Position numbers and translations under genes: made by a program | Notes under the pieces: generated by a model | The model's database searches: none | Seen by the model: only the letters and a program-made list of their open reading frames with translations | What the model was told of the DNA's origin: nothing | Origin: Laetmonice hystrix | Lineage: Eukaryota | Reading direction: 5' to 3' | Assembly (NCBI GenBank): GCA_965235115.1 | Contig: OZ249439.1 | Location: 12,338,001 to 12,402,000, forward strand | DNA length: 64,000 nucleotides | Shown: in pieces, positions 1 to 13,449 of the stretch | Layout: each line of letters begins with the position of its first letter | Position numbering within the stretch: position 1 is the stretch's first letter

Positions 1-101
1 TCCTCGCTGGGGCCACGCCCACTGTCCGTGTTCGAGCCATCACCGGAGTAAGCACTATCGGCATCAGGATCCTGTTTCAACATCTGCAGTAACTGGTGAA
101 C
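1..101 (-). CDS. Coding exon (truncated by window start), protocadherin-like cytoplasmic segment VHQLLQMLKQDPDADSAYSGDGSNTDSGRGPSE
   Basis: Acceptor tgtattgtacttgcAG at 102-103 (minus), 33 stop-free codons in phase 0, matching the phase-0 donor of exon 7393-7623. DSGRGPSE resembles the DSGxGxSE/D (CM1-like) motif of protocadherin tails. Exon is well supported; family assignment is recalled, roughly 0.5. Confidence 0.7.
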
Positions 102-408
102 CTGCAAGTACAATACAATCAAAGTCAAATTATGATAGAAATGATATCCACAGGTTCATCAGTGGTAGGAGTAAACAGAATATCCAGGGGCCAGTGTTCA
201 GTCAACAGCCGCTCTATATAAACAGCGGCGATAATCACCAAGTAAGTTTTTTAGGAAGACATTATTTTATCGTATGTCAACAGTTTCTCATTGCTGTAAA
301 ACATACTAATCGTTTAATTCGGGTGTGACTATCTCGTTATATCTAAGCCGGCTTTCTATCCTACTACTCGTCATATAAATGGATGAACATTATCCTTGTA
401 TTTAGGTT

Positions 409-518
409 TTCTCTACATACAGAATACATCTACTGTCCACACTTCTGTCATATGACAATACACTTCTCTACATACAGAATACATCTACTGTCCACACTTC
501 TGTCATATGACAATACAC
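409..518. repeat. 55-bp perfect tandem duplication
   Basis: ttctctacatacagaatacatctactgtccacacttctgtcatatgacaatacac x2; contains the palindrome TGTCATATGACA. Confidence 0.9.
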
Positions 519-3342
519 GTTAATACATACAGTTGTCTTTTTATCTTGCATAATTCAGACATTAAGACTGGCCTAATATTCTTTGCCTAAATCTTGCCGA
601 GTAATGTGAACTGAAAGATAAGCTCTCGGTTTCTGTTTATTGACACGTTATTCATTAAGGATTTCTTACCGACTGTCTCAGACCCTAATGTATAATTCTG
701 AGCGTGCTCAAACCAATGGAATAGTTATCTCTTTGCAAGTATGATTTCCTATCCGCATTAGACTAATGAATTCGAGTGAAGTTTCTCTCTGCACCGATAT
801 CTCTTGTGAATATAGTTTTTCCCCTTCAAAAATTGGTTATTCCAGATGGGTTATTTTTTATTCTTCGGTTGATGTTCCATACATGAGACTTATATGGTCC
901 ACACAAATGAACCATATACATGGAGCTGTGAAATAAACCATTCGCCAGGGGGCGCTGCCCGCCATCAATTAACATAATAACCTAACAATTCAATAACACG
1001 TCACAATCGGCTGCGCCCTGAGCGCCATAAACTAGCTGGGTATCCTTTGTGTCACATGTCCTCGGCGTTTCATTTGGCCAGCATTTACACAAAATCCCCA
1101 GCAGCATAATGTCACGTGAAGCAATTTACATGAGAGGTTTTCACATGGAGAAATCGCACACCGATTGAGGCCGACTCCACCCGACCCACTCTCCGACAGA
1201 CGACTTGTTTATCATTGGTCACCGACTGGCTGGTGGCATATGGTAAACCAGGAGAGATGGCCCGGGCGTGGGACAGACACCCTGCCCACCCAGACCGACA
1301 GGTGGCCCAGCCTTACCCCACACACCCCCACACCCGGTGTGGCCAGGCCCCCAGAGACTGCTACAACCGATCCAACCACACACAGTTTACACGTGTCACG
1401 CTGTCGACACAATTAAAACCACCAGACGAGCTTTAATCCCATATTGTTCCCCCGCTGAATTAGCCAGCCTGATTAAACATTAAAGCACGAGTTCCCAGAC
1501 CCCCCTACCTCCAGTCCCTACCCCAACATATCCCACAATGGATCTCTTTCAAACACCTCAATGTGCCCAGTCCACCGCATATTGCTACATTGAAAACCGC
1601 ACCTTATTTCATTAAATCAGAAAATTAATTAACAGATCTCCACTTGAATCAATTTGTTTGCAATTGCCCGATCCGTACGCGATTGGAGAAGACAACGCGG
1701 GCGAAAGTCTTTGTTTGTTGGGCCTTTTGATATGCCATCATTGAGAGCTGATGCAATTTTATCAGTCATTAAGCCATATTATATGTCATTACCTTAATTT
1801 GTAGGACAAGGGCTGGCTTAACAAGGCTACAATATGATTATGGGAATCATTCAGACTTTGTCGGAGTGCTCTTGATCCAATTTAAGCAACGTTTTCACAC
1901 AGGCCTTTGCTAAATCAAGTGTCTCTAATCATTTTAAACGAATGGAGTTCAGTGAGAAAAAAGATTTAAATTCTTGATGACTTCAGATAGTTACCAGAGG
2001 CATGTGAAGTATGAAAATTCTTCACAAGAAGAATGTTGTCCTTGCAAATTACATCTGTGTTGATGCGTCAAAATAAAGAAATCAAATGCAACTAATATCA
2101 ATCAGCTGTGAAGGAGTATTTTTGTGTACGTCCATAACGTCGATATGAGGTTAAGGTTATTTCACTCAGTAAACACCTGACTCATTCAGTGGTATTAATT
2201 CATCCCTGGCGTCGTGCTGGTTGACTGAGACCAGAGAATGAGAGTACCCCCCGGGGTGGACGACACAGATAACCCAGCTAACATCGTGTTAACTTATTCA
2301 CGTGACCGTCATTAATTAACTCTAATCCAATTGGACAGAAACTAATGTTTAACATTTGCAAATAATGACACTCAGACGAACCCGTACAGATCGCACTTTT
2401 GATCAGATGTTCCCACGACTGAATATTCATACCCACTATTACGTTATCCAGCCATACTTTCACCATTTTTCCTAACTGTTTTGTAGACTTGCATGACGGA
2501 TGCATTAAGTTCCGTCAAAATTTTCGCATCCATTTCATCACCCTTTGTCTGGGCGCCACCCACTTTGCTGGTACTCGTTGGGGTGAGCCCCCCTAACTGT
2601 GCCCGATAACCCCATTACAATACCCTACTGTCATTACAAGGGCCGACAAATTCACGACAACTTGGCAGCTCATTAGAATATCACGTTGGTCAACGTTATA
2701 GATGACAACCTCTTCGCTAATCTCTGCCCGCTGTTAATCTGGTTACCACGGGTACAATCAGCCCATCTGTCCAAGTGCCAAAACAATGACCGCCTACTCG
2801 CGTCAAACGGGCCACTTGTGAAAACTTTCCATCTGGGCTGGGGTCATTTACTTGCCGATCCGCTAAGAAAGATTACCTAAACTGACAAGCTGTGATCGTG
2901 GTGGAAGCCTCCTGGCTTAGAGTGGGCCAGGATCTATGGCTATCTCATTGTCTCTAGCTCTACCCCCGTCGGCTATCTTAGTGTGAAATCATTCAACTGT
3001 GTAAAAAAAAACCCAACGGGTCCGAGTGGTTCACAGGATTCTGGGCACAGGATGTCCGAGCTTTGTACCTGATTAAAGCTTTTGTTCTTTCTCTCTCACC
3101 AGTTCCTGAATGGGAAAAACTAGATAACCAAGTCAATCGATAATGATGACGGGGAGGGACCCTACAACCTGACAGAAACATCGCCAGCAGGAATCGTTTC
3201 ATTGAATACAAAACGTGAACCCAACTACCGCCAGGTTTCCTCCACGCAGCCAGGCCTAGACTTCTAACGTCAGGAGCGCCATCCTTCACGTGCATCACTC
3301 ACATCAATATAAGTCAGTCGTATCGGTAGACTTATGGAGCAG

Positions 3343-4083
3343 TCAGGATGAAACGACTGTTCGTATCCGTCAACGTCCGAGCTCTCCCAACGTCAGGACG
3401 GAACGACTGTTCGTATCCGTCAACGTCCGAGCTCTCCCAACGTCAGGATGGAACGACTGTTCGTATCCGTCAACGTCCGAGCTCTCCCAACGTCAGGACG
3501 GAACGACTGTTCGTATCCGTCAACGTCCGAGCTCTACCAACGTCAGGACGGAACGACTGTTCGTATCCGTCAACGTCCGAGCTCTACCAACGTCAGGAAC
3601 GACTGTTCGTATCCGTCAACGTCCGAGCTCTACCAACGTCAGGACGGAACGACTGTTCGTATCCGTCAACGTCCGAGCTCTACCAACGTCAGGACGGAAC
3701 GACTGTTCGTATCCGTCAACGTCCGAGCTCTACCAACGTCAGGACGGAACGACTGTTCGTATCCGTCAACGTCCGAGCTCTACCAACGTCAGGAACGACT
3801 GTTCGTATCCGTCAACGTCCGAGCTCTACCAACGTCAGGACGGAACGACTGTTCGTATCCGTCAACGTCCGAGCTCTACCAACGTCAGGACGGAACGACT
3901 GTTCGTATCCGTCAACGTCCGAGCTCTACCAACGTCAGGACGGAACGACTGTTCGTATCCGTCAACGTCCGAGCTCTACCAACGTCAGGACGGAACGACT
4001 GTTCGTATCCGTCAACGTCCGAGCTCTACCAACGGCAGGACGGAACGACTGTTCGTATCCGTCAACGTCCGAGCTCTACCAAC
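3343..4083. repeat. 50-bp minisatellite, ~15 copies
   Basis: Unit aggacggaacgactgttcgtatccgtcaacgtccgagctctaccaacgtc; some 46-bp units lack acgg. Confidence 0.95.
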
Positions 4084-5568
4084 CGATGCGGACATAGTAC
4101 ATCCAACCACAGGTCTGCTTGTATGAACAAGGTGCGATGTGCCACGCAAATCCTCTCAGTGGATAATCCTCTAGTTTGATCCTAGCCGCCGTTTGAGTGG
4201 GATTAATGACACTTCTGTTGTTTATGCCTGGATTAGAACGTGGCCAGATTTACCGTTTCATGCCTGACCTTGGCGAGTAGGCAGAAATATTACAAACGAG
4301 ATGAGTGTTCATTTTACATGACAGCCCACTTCCTATTGCGTGTTTTAACACAGTAAAGACTGCGCCACAATCAGCTTTCGGGCTGAAATTTATCAATGCT
4401 TAATGGCCCGCAAATTTATGAAACATCTATTTGCCTCGGGTCGGAAAAAGTGGGAAACTAGAATGAATTCCTTCCTTAACAACTGATGAAAAAACAATTT
4501 GAGGAGCATTCCTGCTGATTAATTGTGTGCTAAATTTGTTTTATTGGCCATTTGATGTATCATCGGTGTGCGAGAGTGGTGAACGCTGGTTGTAATGACG
4601 TGGTCTGGGGGTTATTGGTCCGGCACTGAGAGCAGCGGAGTAGGCTTGCATGTCATGGTCGGGGGTTCTTCACCAGTCACCCCCACCCGTCACACAGTGT
4701 GACGCCGCCCGGTTTATCTGGCAGTCTCCATGCGCGCTGCCCAGCCTCGTGTCCCAGGGCACTCCTCCAAGGGAGCACGCTACCAGGCAAAAACCAACGC
4801 CGCAAAATGGTGTGTGAGAAATCAATGGTCGCTTGGCGGATCACTTTCCTGTCGGTCTCAAACCACCAGCTACTGGTGCTGCCATCTATGTACCTGCCTT
4901 TATGACGTCACAACTAGACCAACCTCCAACCTCCTTGTGCATCTTTAATGCAGAAGTTATGAAGCTGCAGAGTCACATGACGCTATCATAATACATCCAG
5001 CCCGACCAAGACCTACAATAGCGACTGTAACTGATATGACCATCTCATCGCCAGGCCTTTGGCACGACTGGCCTTACCAATCTCGAGCCAATTTCCCCTT
5101 TTCCTCGATGGGGCCATAATGGGAGTTATTGGTCAGTTGGTTGTGTTCACAGCGCGTGGAAGAGGAGCTCAGCATGGCAAGGCGATCACTTGCAATGATC
5201 TGGTGGTGTCACTGTGTTAGCGTCACGCCTCAGGATCGGCCTGCAACCATTACTGTCCCAGGGGACGAATCGTATGGGGCTGACGGGGTGAGAGATCTTT
5301 TCTATCTGTCGCACCCAATCCAACAGTTCAAACCGGACAGGTTTGGAGAAACACCCTGACCGCCTACTGACGCCAACCTCCCCATGCTCCCACACCCCAC
5401 CCTTGTCACCTCTCCATACGACAGACTGACCCCAGCCACCATTATCACACACTGAGGGAGGGGAGGGGATGATGGGGGCAGAGGGGGGGGGTGTTGTCCA
5501 GCAACACAAACTTTGCAATGTGGTTCATACAGAGCGGAGTGAATTGAATGCGACCAGTATCGAGGTTA

Positions 5569-5836
5569 CGATAGTTACACACAGAACGGTCCCACTGTGT
5601 AGGACGCGATAGTTACACACAGAACGGTCCCACTGTGTAGGACGCGATAGTTACACACAGAACAGTCCCACTGTGTAGGACGCGATAGTTACACACAGAA
5701 CGGTCCCACTGTGTAGGACGCGATAGTTACACACAGAACAGTCCCACTGTGTAGGACGCGATAGTTACACACAGAACGGTCCCACTGTGTAGGACGCGAT
5801 AGTTACACACAGAACGGTCCCACTGTGTAGGACGCG
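5569..5836. repeat. 38-bp minisatellite, ~7 copies
   Basis: Unit gcgatagttacacacagaacggtcccactgtgtaggac. Confidence 0.95.
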
Positions 5837-5986
5837 TGGTCTGACCCAATAAATCATACAGATCCGAGAAGAGCCAGTGGGGGATTCAACCAAACAAAAC
5901 AGGTTAACTCGAGAACTGATAACGTTTACTATCCTGCTTTACCTAACTATAGAAACTCACTTTACGACCACACAGTGGACATGTGA

Positions 5987-6128
5987 TAAACTCTATACTC
6001 CTCATCTAAACTCTATACTCCTCATCTAAACTCTATACTCCTCATCTAAACTCTATACTCCTCATCTAAACTCTATACTCCTCATCTAAACTCTATACTC
6101 CTCATCTAAACTCTATACTCCTCATCTA
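5987..6128. repeat. 20-bp minisatellite, ~7 copies
   Basis: Unit taaactctatactcctcatc. Confidence 0.95.
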
Positions 6129-7392
6129 GTTAACTGTTACATCACTGTTTGCTACAAATACACATGTCTAATCTCACAATCATACAATCTCGTCTTTTTC
6201 TTCCTCTGAGACAAGGATGACATTTTCCTGTTTACCTTTCAACAACCATAAATCAACCACTTCACTACGGCTGGACAGAGACATGACAATAAATCCCGTT
6301 GAAGGTATGATACGCGAGTCAGCCAAATCCTCACGACTTCTTATGCCCATTTCTATATACTACTTATTATGGTACAGGGGCACCAGTTTGCGATCCAAAT
6401 ATATAGTCTGGCTGTCAACTGTTTTGTTAGATATATGAGCCGTTCAGACCTTAGCTTATTAAATGTTCCAATGTTATAGTCAACTAATTATTCTTTTGAT
6501 TGTTCCATGTACAATGGTCGGATCCGTGATACAGTTGGAAACATAGTACTGTTACATGATACTACTGTGCACAGAAACAGAACTGAACTTCTGACTCTAA
6601 CTAGGATTATTTTTACTATTACTTACGACTATTGCCTTTGATAATCTGACGCTTTGCATGAGGCAGTCCCAGCGCAACTTCAAATGGTGAATATCGTTCA
6701 AATAAAAATACTGAAAAATTATAGCTGTTTACTGTACTTCTAGCACACAAACAATCGACTGTTCCCTCTCCTTTGCTATTACCATTCTTTTTTGTAACAT
6801 GTTCTACCCGTTTACCGGGAGTATTCCTGAAACATAACCACCAACAACCAAAAATCACTGCACACTGCCATTGATTAAAGGTCAACCATCTCCTATAACT
6901 AACATTCCATTCGTCAGAGATCCGATTTTTACTAACAATCACACAATGAACCTGGTCTTGTTGGAATCAAGTCGAGGAAGGTCGACACTGAGGTTTATTC
7001 GTACCCAAATCTCTATTGGAGACCACCAGATAGGCAGCAATGCTGAAGATTGGCAATGAATGATTTCCCTTCCATCTATGCCAGTGCGGGAAAGCCTAGT
7101 GATATTACCAGGACGGCCGTTTTGTCTGCATTACCCACCGATAGAGTTTTCGTGGTATTGATCAGAGTAGCCAACTAGGTCATGTGCTGTCAGCTGACAA
7201 ACTACGTGCCGCCAACATGTGCGAATCTGGTCGGTATTCCTATCACGTTTATTCTATGGTTCACACAGCCCATATAAAACACTGGCAGAATTAATGTGAA
7301 TCTAGCTGTGTGAATGTGCCTACATTAAGTAATCTGGTAACCCTCTTTCACCAGCAGATGCTGCTGAGAAGTGTGAAGAAAACATGCCGTAC

Positions 7393-7623
7393 CTCAAGTT
7401 CTCGTTGTGTAAGTGCCCAGGGTTGACCACGTGGGTTGGCTTGTGGGCTGGGCTGGTGCAGCGCCCCTGGTGGCGGTGGGGGCGGGGTGGCGGGTAACTG
7501 GTGGGGGCTACCGACCCCTGTGTGGCCCGGGGTGGTTGGTCGTACCCCCGGGGGAGGTGGGGGTGGAGGTGGGGGTGGGGATGCCGTGGTGTTGTTCAGC
7601 ATGGAGCTGCAGGCTTGTGGATG
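7393..7623 (-). CDS. 231-bp phase 0-0 coding exon, proline-rich (HPQACSSMLNNTTAS-P10-GVRPTT...ATP6GALHQPSPQANPRGQPWALTQRELE), same gene as exon 1-101
   Basis: Acceptor tttttatcctattgcAG|CAT and donor GAG|GTacgg. 77 codons with no stop. Polyproline uses mixed CCA/CCC/CCT/CCG codons. Splicing to 1-101 gives a continuous frame. Confidence 0.8.
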
Positions 7624-10600
7624 CTGCAATAGGATAAAAATACACATCCAATCACTTAATGCCAGTACAGACCTCCCACACAATATTGGCAAAGATATTC
7701 ACGACATCAACATTAAAGAAAGTTAGGGGGAAAAACAATATAAAAACATCGGTTGATCCATCGTAGCGAGTGGCCTATCATTCAGTTTACAAAAAACACT
7801 GATCATCTAATGTACGATGCTATCGTGAATATCTAAAACTCCCTCATACCATGATCTGGATTGTTGCCCCCATCAAGTTAGTTACCCGAAGGTTCCTTCA
7901 GGTTTCGAGAAGACTATTCAGGACCTCACAAACTGAGCTTCATCCAATATCAATTACATAGAGTCGAATTGTCTACACAGACAATAACACACCAAGTAAA
8001 TTAATGATTTCTTTAACAATACTTAGCAATGATAGTGATTCCATAGAATGCTTTAAAAAATAGCAAGTATTTATAACTCCTATCAAGTAATGTGATTTAC
8101 TGAGAACGCGATGTCTACATTCATCCTACACTGCATGTCCATAATTGCTGCAACCATGATATCAAATAAAAGGACCTAATATAGTTGCCATGCCTTTATT
8201 TGTACTTTGGTCAGCGAGAGATAACCTATACAAGAAGAAATCGTAGCATTATCAAGATGTTGAGAAAGTACTGATATTATGCGGGTGGCCTTATTGCCTT
8301 CATACCGAAAAGGTCATGTGCCCTCAGGTGAACTAAGTTCCACGTTTTGTTCGGTCCGAGTTATTGACTGTAAACAACGTTACTGGCACTCCCGTGTCAA
8401 CCCTCGCAATATTTCCGCCGATATTCATTGAAGAAACAGCAAAACGAAGATGGGCACCATTTATTGGTCCAGTCTGTACCGTAATTTGGTACAATCAGAT
8501 TCACCAGCAGAAAACCAACGTAATGTAGTCCTTTTAAAAGTCTTCCAAATGTCTTGTATGAGATATAAAGGTCGGGGAGTTTCAAGTGAGCTCAGCGCTG
8601 GTTTCCCTTTGTTAGTATATACACATGCTTCAAGATGACGACTGGTGAGTACCAGTCGTTGGTGGCAAAGTTTATTCACAATATCAACTTCTTTCTGGCT
8701 GTAGCGGATGTTCCAAAGAAATGTCTCAGTTCATTGAGGCTGTGTCCGGGAGCCCTTCGGGGTCATGGGGTGGGGGTCGTGGCCTCCTCAGACTTTAATG
8801 GTGCCCGCTCCTGTTTAAGGCGATGTCTTTGCCTGCTTTCCTTATTCACACATCTTCAAGGCAGTTTGACTACTTTGTATGGGGAGGTAAAAGCGATGGG
8901 AGTACAGTGTTCTCTGTCCATCAACAGAGAACCTTTTTCCTTTCAGCAGGCCCCGTGTCCTTACGGCGACACGTCCTGGCGATATTTCCTGTTCTAAGAG
9001 GGGGCTTGAGTCGGGCTGTGAAACACAATGGTACATGGACTCATCACATGCGGCTGTGTGGTCGTTAGCATGGTGGAAATCCCGGTGGTCATCAATTACT
9101 AGCTGTCTTACATTGTTGGTAGCCGCCGTCGCCACACGCAGCAATATTCCTTACGACTCCAGACCGACATGCGATCTCTTAATCATTCTCCAGTGCCGGC
9201 GAGTGGCGACACCAATCGGTCAGCTTGCCTTCACGTGTCACAGTGGGAGAGTTGATCACCCTGAATGGTAACTCTCTCTCTAGACTTCCACCAGACTTCG
9301 ACAGCACCTGAAGCTCTTTCACGTCGGCTGCTACTTGGAATTCTAAGGGCTCAAAATTTGCAAGTCTGCGATATCCCGTCATGATTGGAATTAACTGCAG
9401 TGACTATGGCCCCACACTGTGGGCGTGATGTCCCTAACATCACTGTGGGTGTGCTTGCATAGCCAAGAGGGGCATAGCCAAGAATCTACTACCCCAGACA
9501 TTTCACAACGTCTTAAAACTGAATTAGTCTGGACCAGAGTGTGAGCGAGGGAATCATGGCCTCAGTAGAATGTGGGCAGTGTGGTAGCACTGAGTGAGCA
9601 TGGTCAGCTTGCCAACTGACTCTGTGTGTATCATGTGACGTGCTGTATGTTATTCCCTGTATCCCTTCTCCTGAAATATCATACCACAGTATCAACATTC
9701 CTGGCATATTGTAGGAAAACAGATGTACCAAATGGAGGAGTGCAATGCTCAAGTAGTAGCAGTGCTGCTGTATGATACACAACAGCACCTAAACATCCAA
9801 GGCATTGAAATATAAGCAAGAGAAAAAACCCTGACGACTGCCATTGGCAATGGTGCCCACTTTCGCTGTCAGAAACTTAATTTATTCCATTAAGATTTCA
9901 AAAACGACCATGAGACAGCTTGGTTTTTTAAACCCTATCTGTACGTAAGCATTTCATCACCGTATTTTTAAGCTTCTGATTCGTTTATCACATCTTGAGA
10001 CAACATTGGTGTGAGTCAGTTCGATGGGATGATGCATTATACTCAATGTATTATAATCAGTCCAAAGTGATATTTATGCATAACTCGGAACGCCCCGGAG
10101 CCACCATGTATAAATACATAAAATATTACGGTAGTTTTACATTCAGCAACAGACAGTATCAACAGAAACCGCCGTTAAATCGGGCCAAGTAATTGTCACA
10201 CCGAGGCCAATCTTTGAAAGGCCTAGTATATTGTATGCTACTCGATTCCTGTTGTGAACGCGAGCTGACCATCACCTGGCGGGCCTTTCAACCTTATCCC
10301 GTGACGCAATACGACCGTAATCACTGAGTAACAAAACACCAACCGACAATCATGCGGCAAACTTTACAAACTGGCAAAGTGTTGATGACAACCACTTTGA
10401 CGGTAACCTTAGATAAGATATGGGTGAACGCCACCTCCCGCACGCACCTGATGGAAGCTGCCATACTCTGAGAGCTAGTCGCAGTAATTGACTCTCACCC
10501 ACAACCTGGTAAATTTGAGCAGCTCTCAGCAATGGGCCTCTGTCCGGCCGTTAGTGGCCTTCTGTAATGAGAGACTCGGCGGCCTTCGTATGTACCTGTT

Positions 10601-12050
10601 TACACCATCTAATAGTCGGTTTCGTTCTCAGCCTGTTGACGCCTTGTTTGAAGGAGTTGCCCCTCATTACGTAACCCGAGATGAGAATTCAAGACGGGAT
10701 TACCAGCTGAGGTAAGACGGATTCACTCGTCACGTGGGACAGACAGCCCTAGTTCAGACATGATCCGTTAAAAGCTTTGAGCTTTGCATATCGGAGAGAA
10801 TGCGATTCACTGCTTGTTGCGATAGCTCCAGTCTATCGGTTACACCGAACGACTTTAAATAATTCTACGGCCTGTGGTCGATCGCTATAGATAATAACCA
10901 TCCTTTCCAATCCAGACAACTTCCGAAAGATCTTTTCCGTCTCTAAACTTACGCATAGTGTTTAGAAAGCTTCTCATGTTATTAATATTCAAATAATATG
11001 CATCTGTCTGGATTGGCGCAAGTGTGTTTTGCTGCAGACGGCGTGCCTTGTCCTTACGACATGTTGCGGCCACCAAACATCAGTGAAGATCACGCAGTCA
11101 GGAACGCATGACCTTGGAACATGAACGACATCTACAGAGTCAAGCCTCACTCAGTACTATAGATAACACCCTGCCAGTTGCAGGTGTCCTAACGGTGATG
11201 GCTCCCCCTATGCACCCACCTATAGTATACACCATGGGGACAAGTTTCTTCCAGTCCAAGAAATTCTGCCACAGAATTGTTTTTCACAGAACCCAAGAGA
11301 AGATCGGGGATTCTGGAAAAAAGAGGGCGTGTCCAAAGGGAAGAAACTTGAGTACAAGAAGGATCACCGAGAGATTGCATTTTATTGTAAGGGGAAAAAA
11401 ATCAAATTGACAGGGTTCCCTCTCCGGTCTGTGGTGGAGCCTCATGACACTGTAGATTATAACTGAACCTCGTTCCGTTCACAACATGAGCCCACTGAGC
11501 GCGGGACCACACATTGTCGGTTCGTCTCTGGTCCTCCAGGGGAGACCCGTACCCGGCCCGCACATGGCCTGCAGGTCCAACACCTCCAGTGTTTACCCAC
11601 CACCACCACTGATAAATCAAGGCTGACAGCAAGAAAATTGGACAGCCACTCAGAGCCTGCCTTGAATTTCCTTGTCACGGGAAATAAAGTAGTTCTGACG
11701 TTCACCTGTTTCAGTAATAGGTCCCCTGATATGGACTCGGCTTGGCACGAGTCCCTGTAGATACACGGTTCTAACGTTTCAGCTTTGCATACATACGAGG
11801 TCATATGTAGGGCTTTTGTTCCCACAGCTGACAACCTGCTAGGTGTTTCTTTATAAACCACGAAGGTCCGGAAATTCAACTTTTCATGAAACTTTTGTTT
11901 AAAATCACTGACCGGTAGATGTCCTAACGGTTACCTTGCTGCCAGTCCTCGAAATCATCTTTAATCATTCGATTATGATGACATTGTAGATTATAACTGA
12001 ACACGTCATGTTGTAAACCTATAGCATGTGCTTACAGGTAATCCGTAACA

Positions 12051-12398
12051 TTTGACTATTCTGACTGGTAATCCATGCCCTATTACTTGACCATTCTGAC
12101 TGGTAATCCATGCCCTAACATTTGACCATTCTGACTGGTAATCCGTGCCCTAACATTTGACCATTCTGACTGGTAATCCATGCCCTATTACTTGACCATT
12201 CTGACTGGTAATCCATGTCCTATCACTTGACCATTCTGACTGGTAATCCATGCCCTAATATGTGACCATTCTGACTGGTAATCCATGCCCTATTACTTGA
12301 CCATTCTGACTGGTAATCCATGCCCTATTACTTGACCATTCTGACTGGTAATCCATGCCCTATTACTTGACCATTCTGACTGGTAATCTGTGCCCTAA
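12051..12398. repeat. 35-bp minisatellite, ~10 copies
   Basis: Unit cttgaccattctgactggtaatccatgccctatta with variants. Confidence 0.95.
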
Positions 12399-13449
12399 AC
12401 CTATCATAACGACGTTTATACCTGCATTAACACGGAAAATTCCGAGAGATATGCTTAGGGTAACCGTAGAAATAACTACAACCTTCCGCCCCCGATTCTA
12501 GACATTCTATCACTCTGTTTAGTCATAGGCACAGGTTGGAGATCCACTTTTAAAACCCACGTCTGTATTCTGTCAGGAAACAACATACAATTAGAATTTT
12601 GCTATAGTTAAGGTCCAGTTTTTATACTCATTACCCAAAGTCTCTTCTTCATTAAATTCATGGGGTTATAGACCTCGCGTAGTGTCTTAATACTACAACC
12701 TTTGTAAGGCGCAAGCCCCGATGCCCTAGTCTAAACCAGCCCATTAAAGAAGACGCCCATTCCCCGAATAAACGGTTACGTTGTCAGTTCTGCTTGATTT
12801 CATACCGGAAGTTCAACTCTACTTTAGCCTTTCTGTGGGTCATTCGTTGGTCATGCATGCAAAATAAACCGGCAGGACCCAAAAAAATCATCCGATTCTA
12901 AATGGGCCCAGCTTTGGAAGAGCCACAAAAGGTCATCAGCATTATACTGGGGTCCCGTCCGCCATCAGTACCGTTGGGTTCACAAGTCTATTCTTACGCT
13001 ACATGGGGTTCAGCCGCAATCTGGGCTGACAAAATCAAACCGTTGTAAGGGATGCATGCTACAATGCCTTCAGTCTGCCTCACAATCCATAGAGGCGACC
13101 TTCGAGGTCAGTTATTGGCATTTCTGGTGGCAGGAGCCTGGGGTGCTGGCACCCTGAAACCATCACGGCCGACCAGCCAACACTGCCGGGCCTGGGCCTG
13201 GTAAAAAGACAATCGTTCGCCTGCCACATACCCTTAAAAATCAGGCCTCCTCGCAGCATTCCCCCATTCCGTGATTTACCCTTTTAGGCTTTGAACCTCA
13301 CCTCAGAGACGAATTTCACCTTGAATTTTTATTTTATGTAGAACTGAATGTCTCCAGCACAGGCATCCTGCGAGCAGTCGGACTTCCTTGTCCGCTTATC
13401 TGGAGAATCTGATGAATTGTACCAGTGGTGTCTCTTATCAGATCCATGC

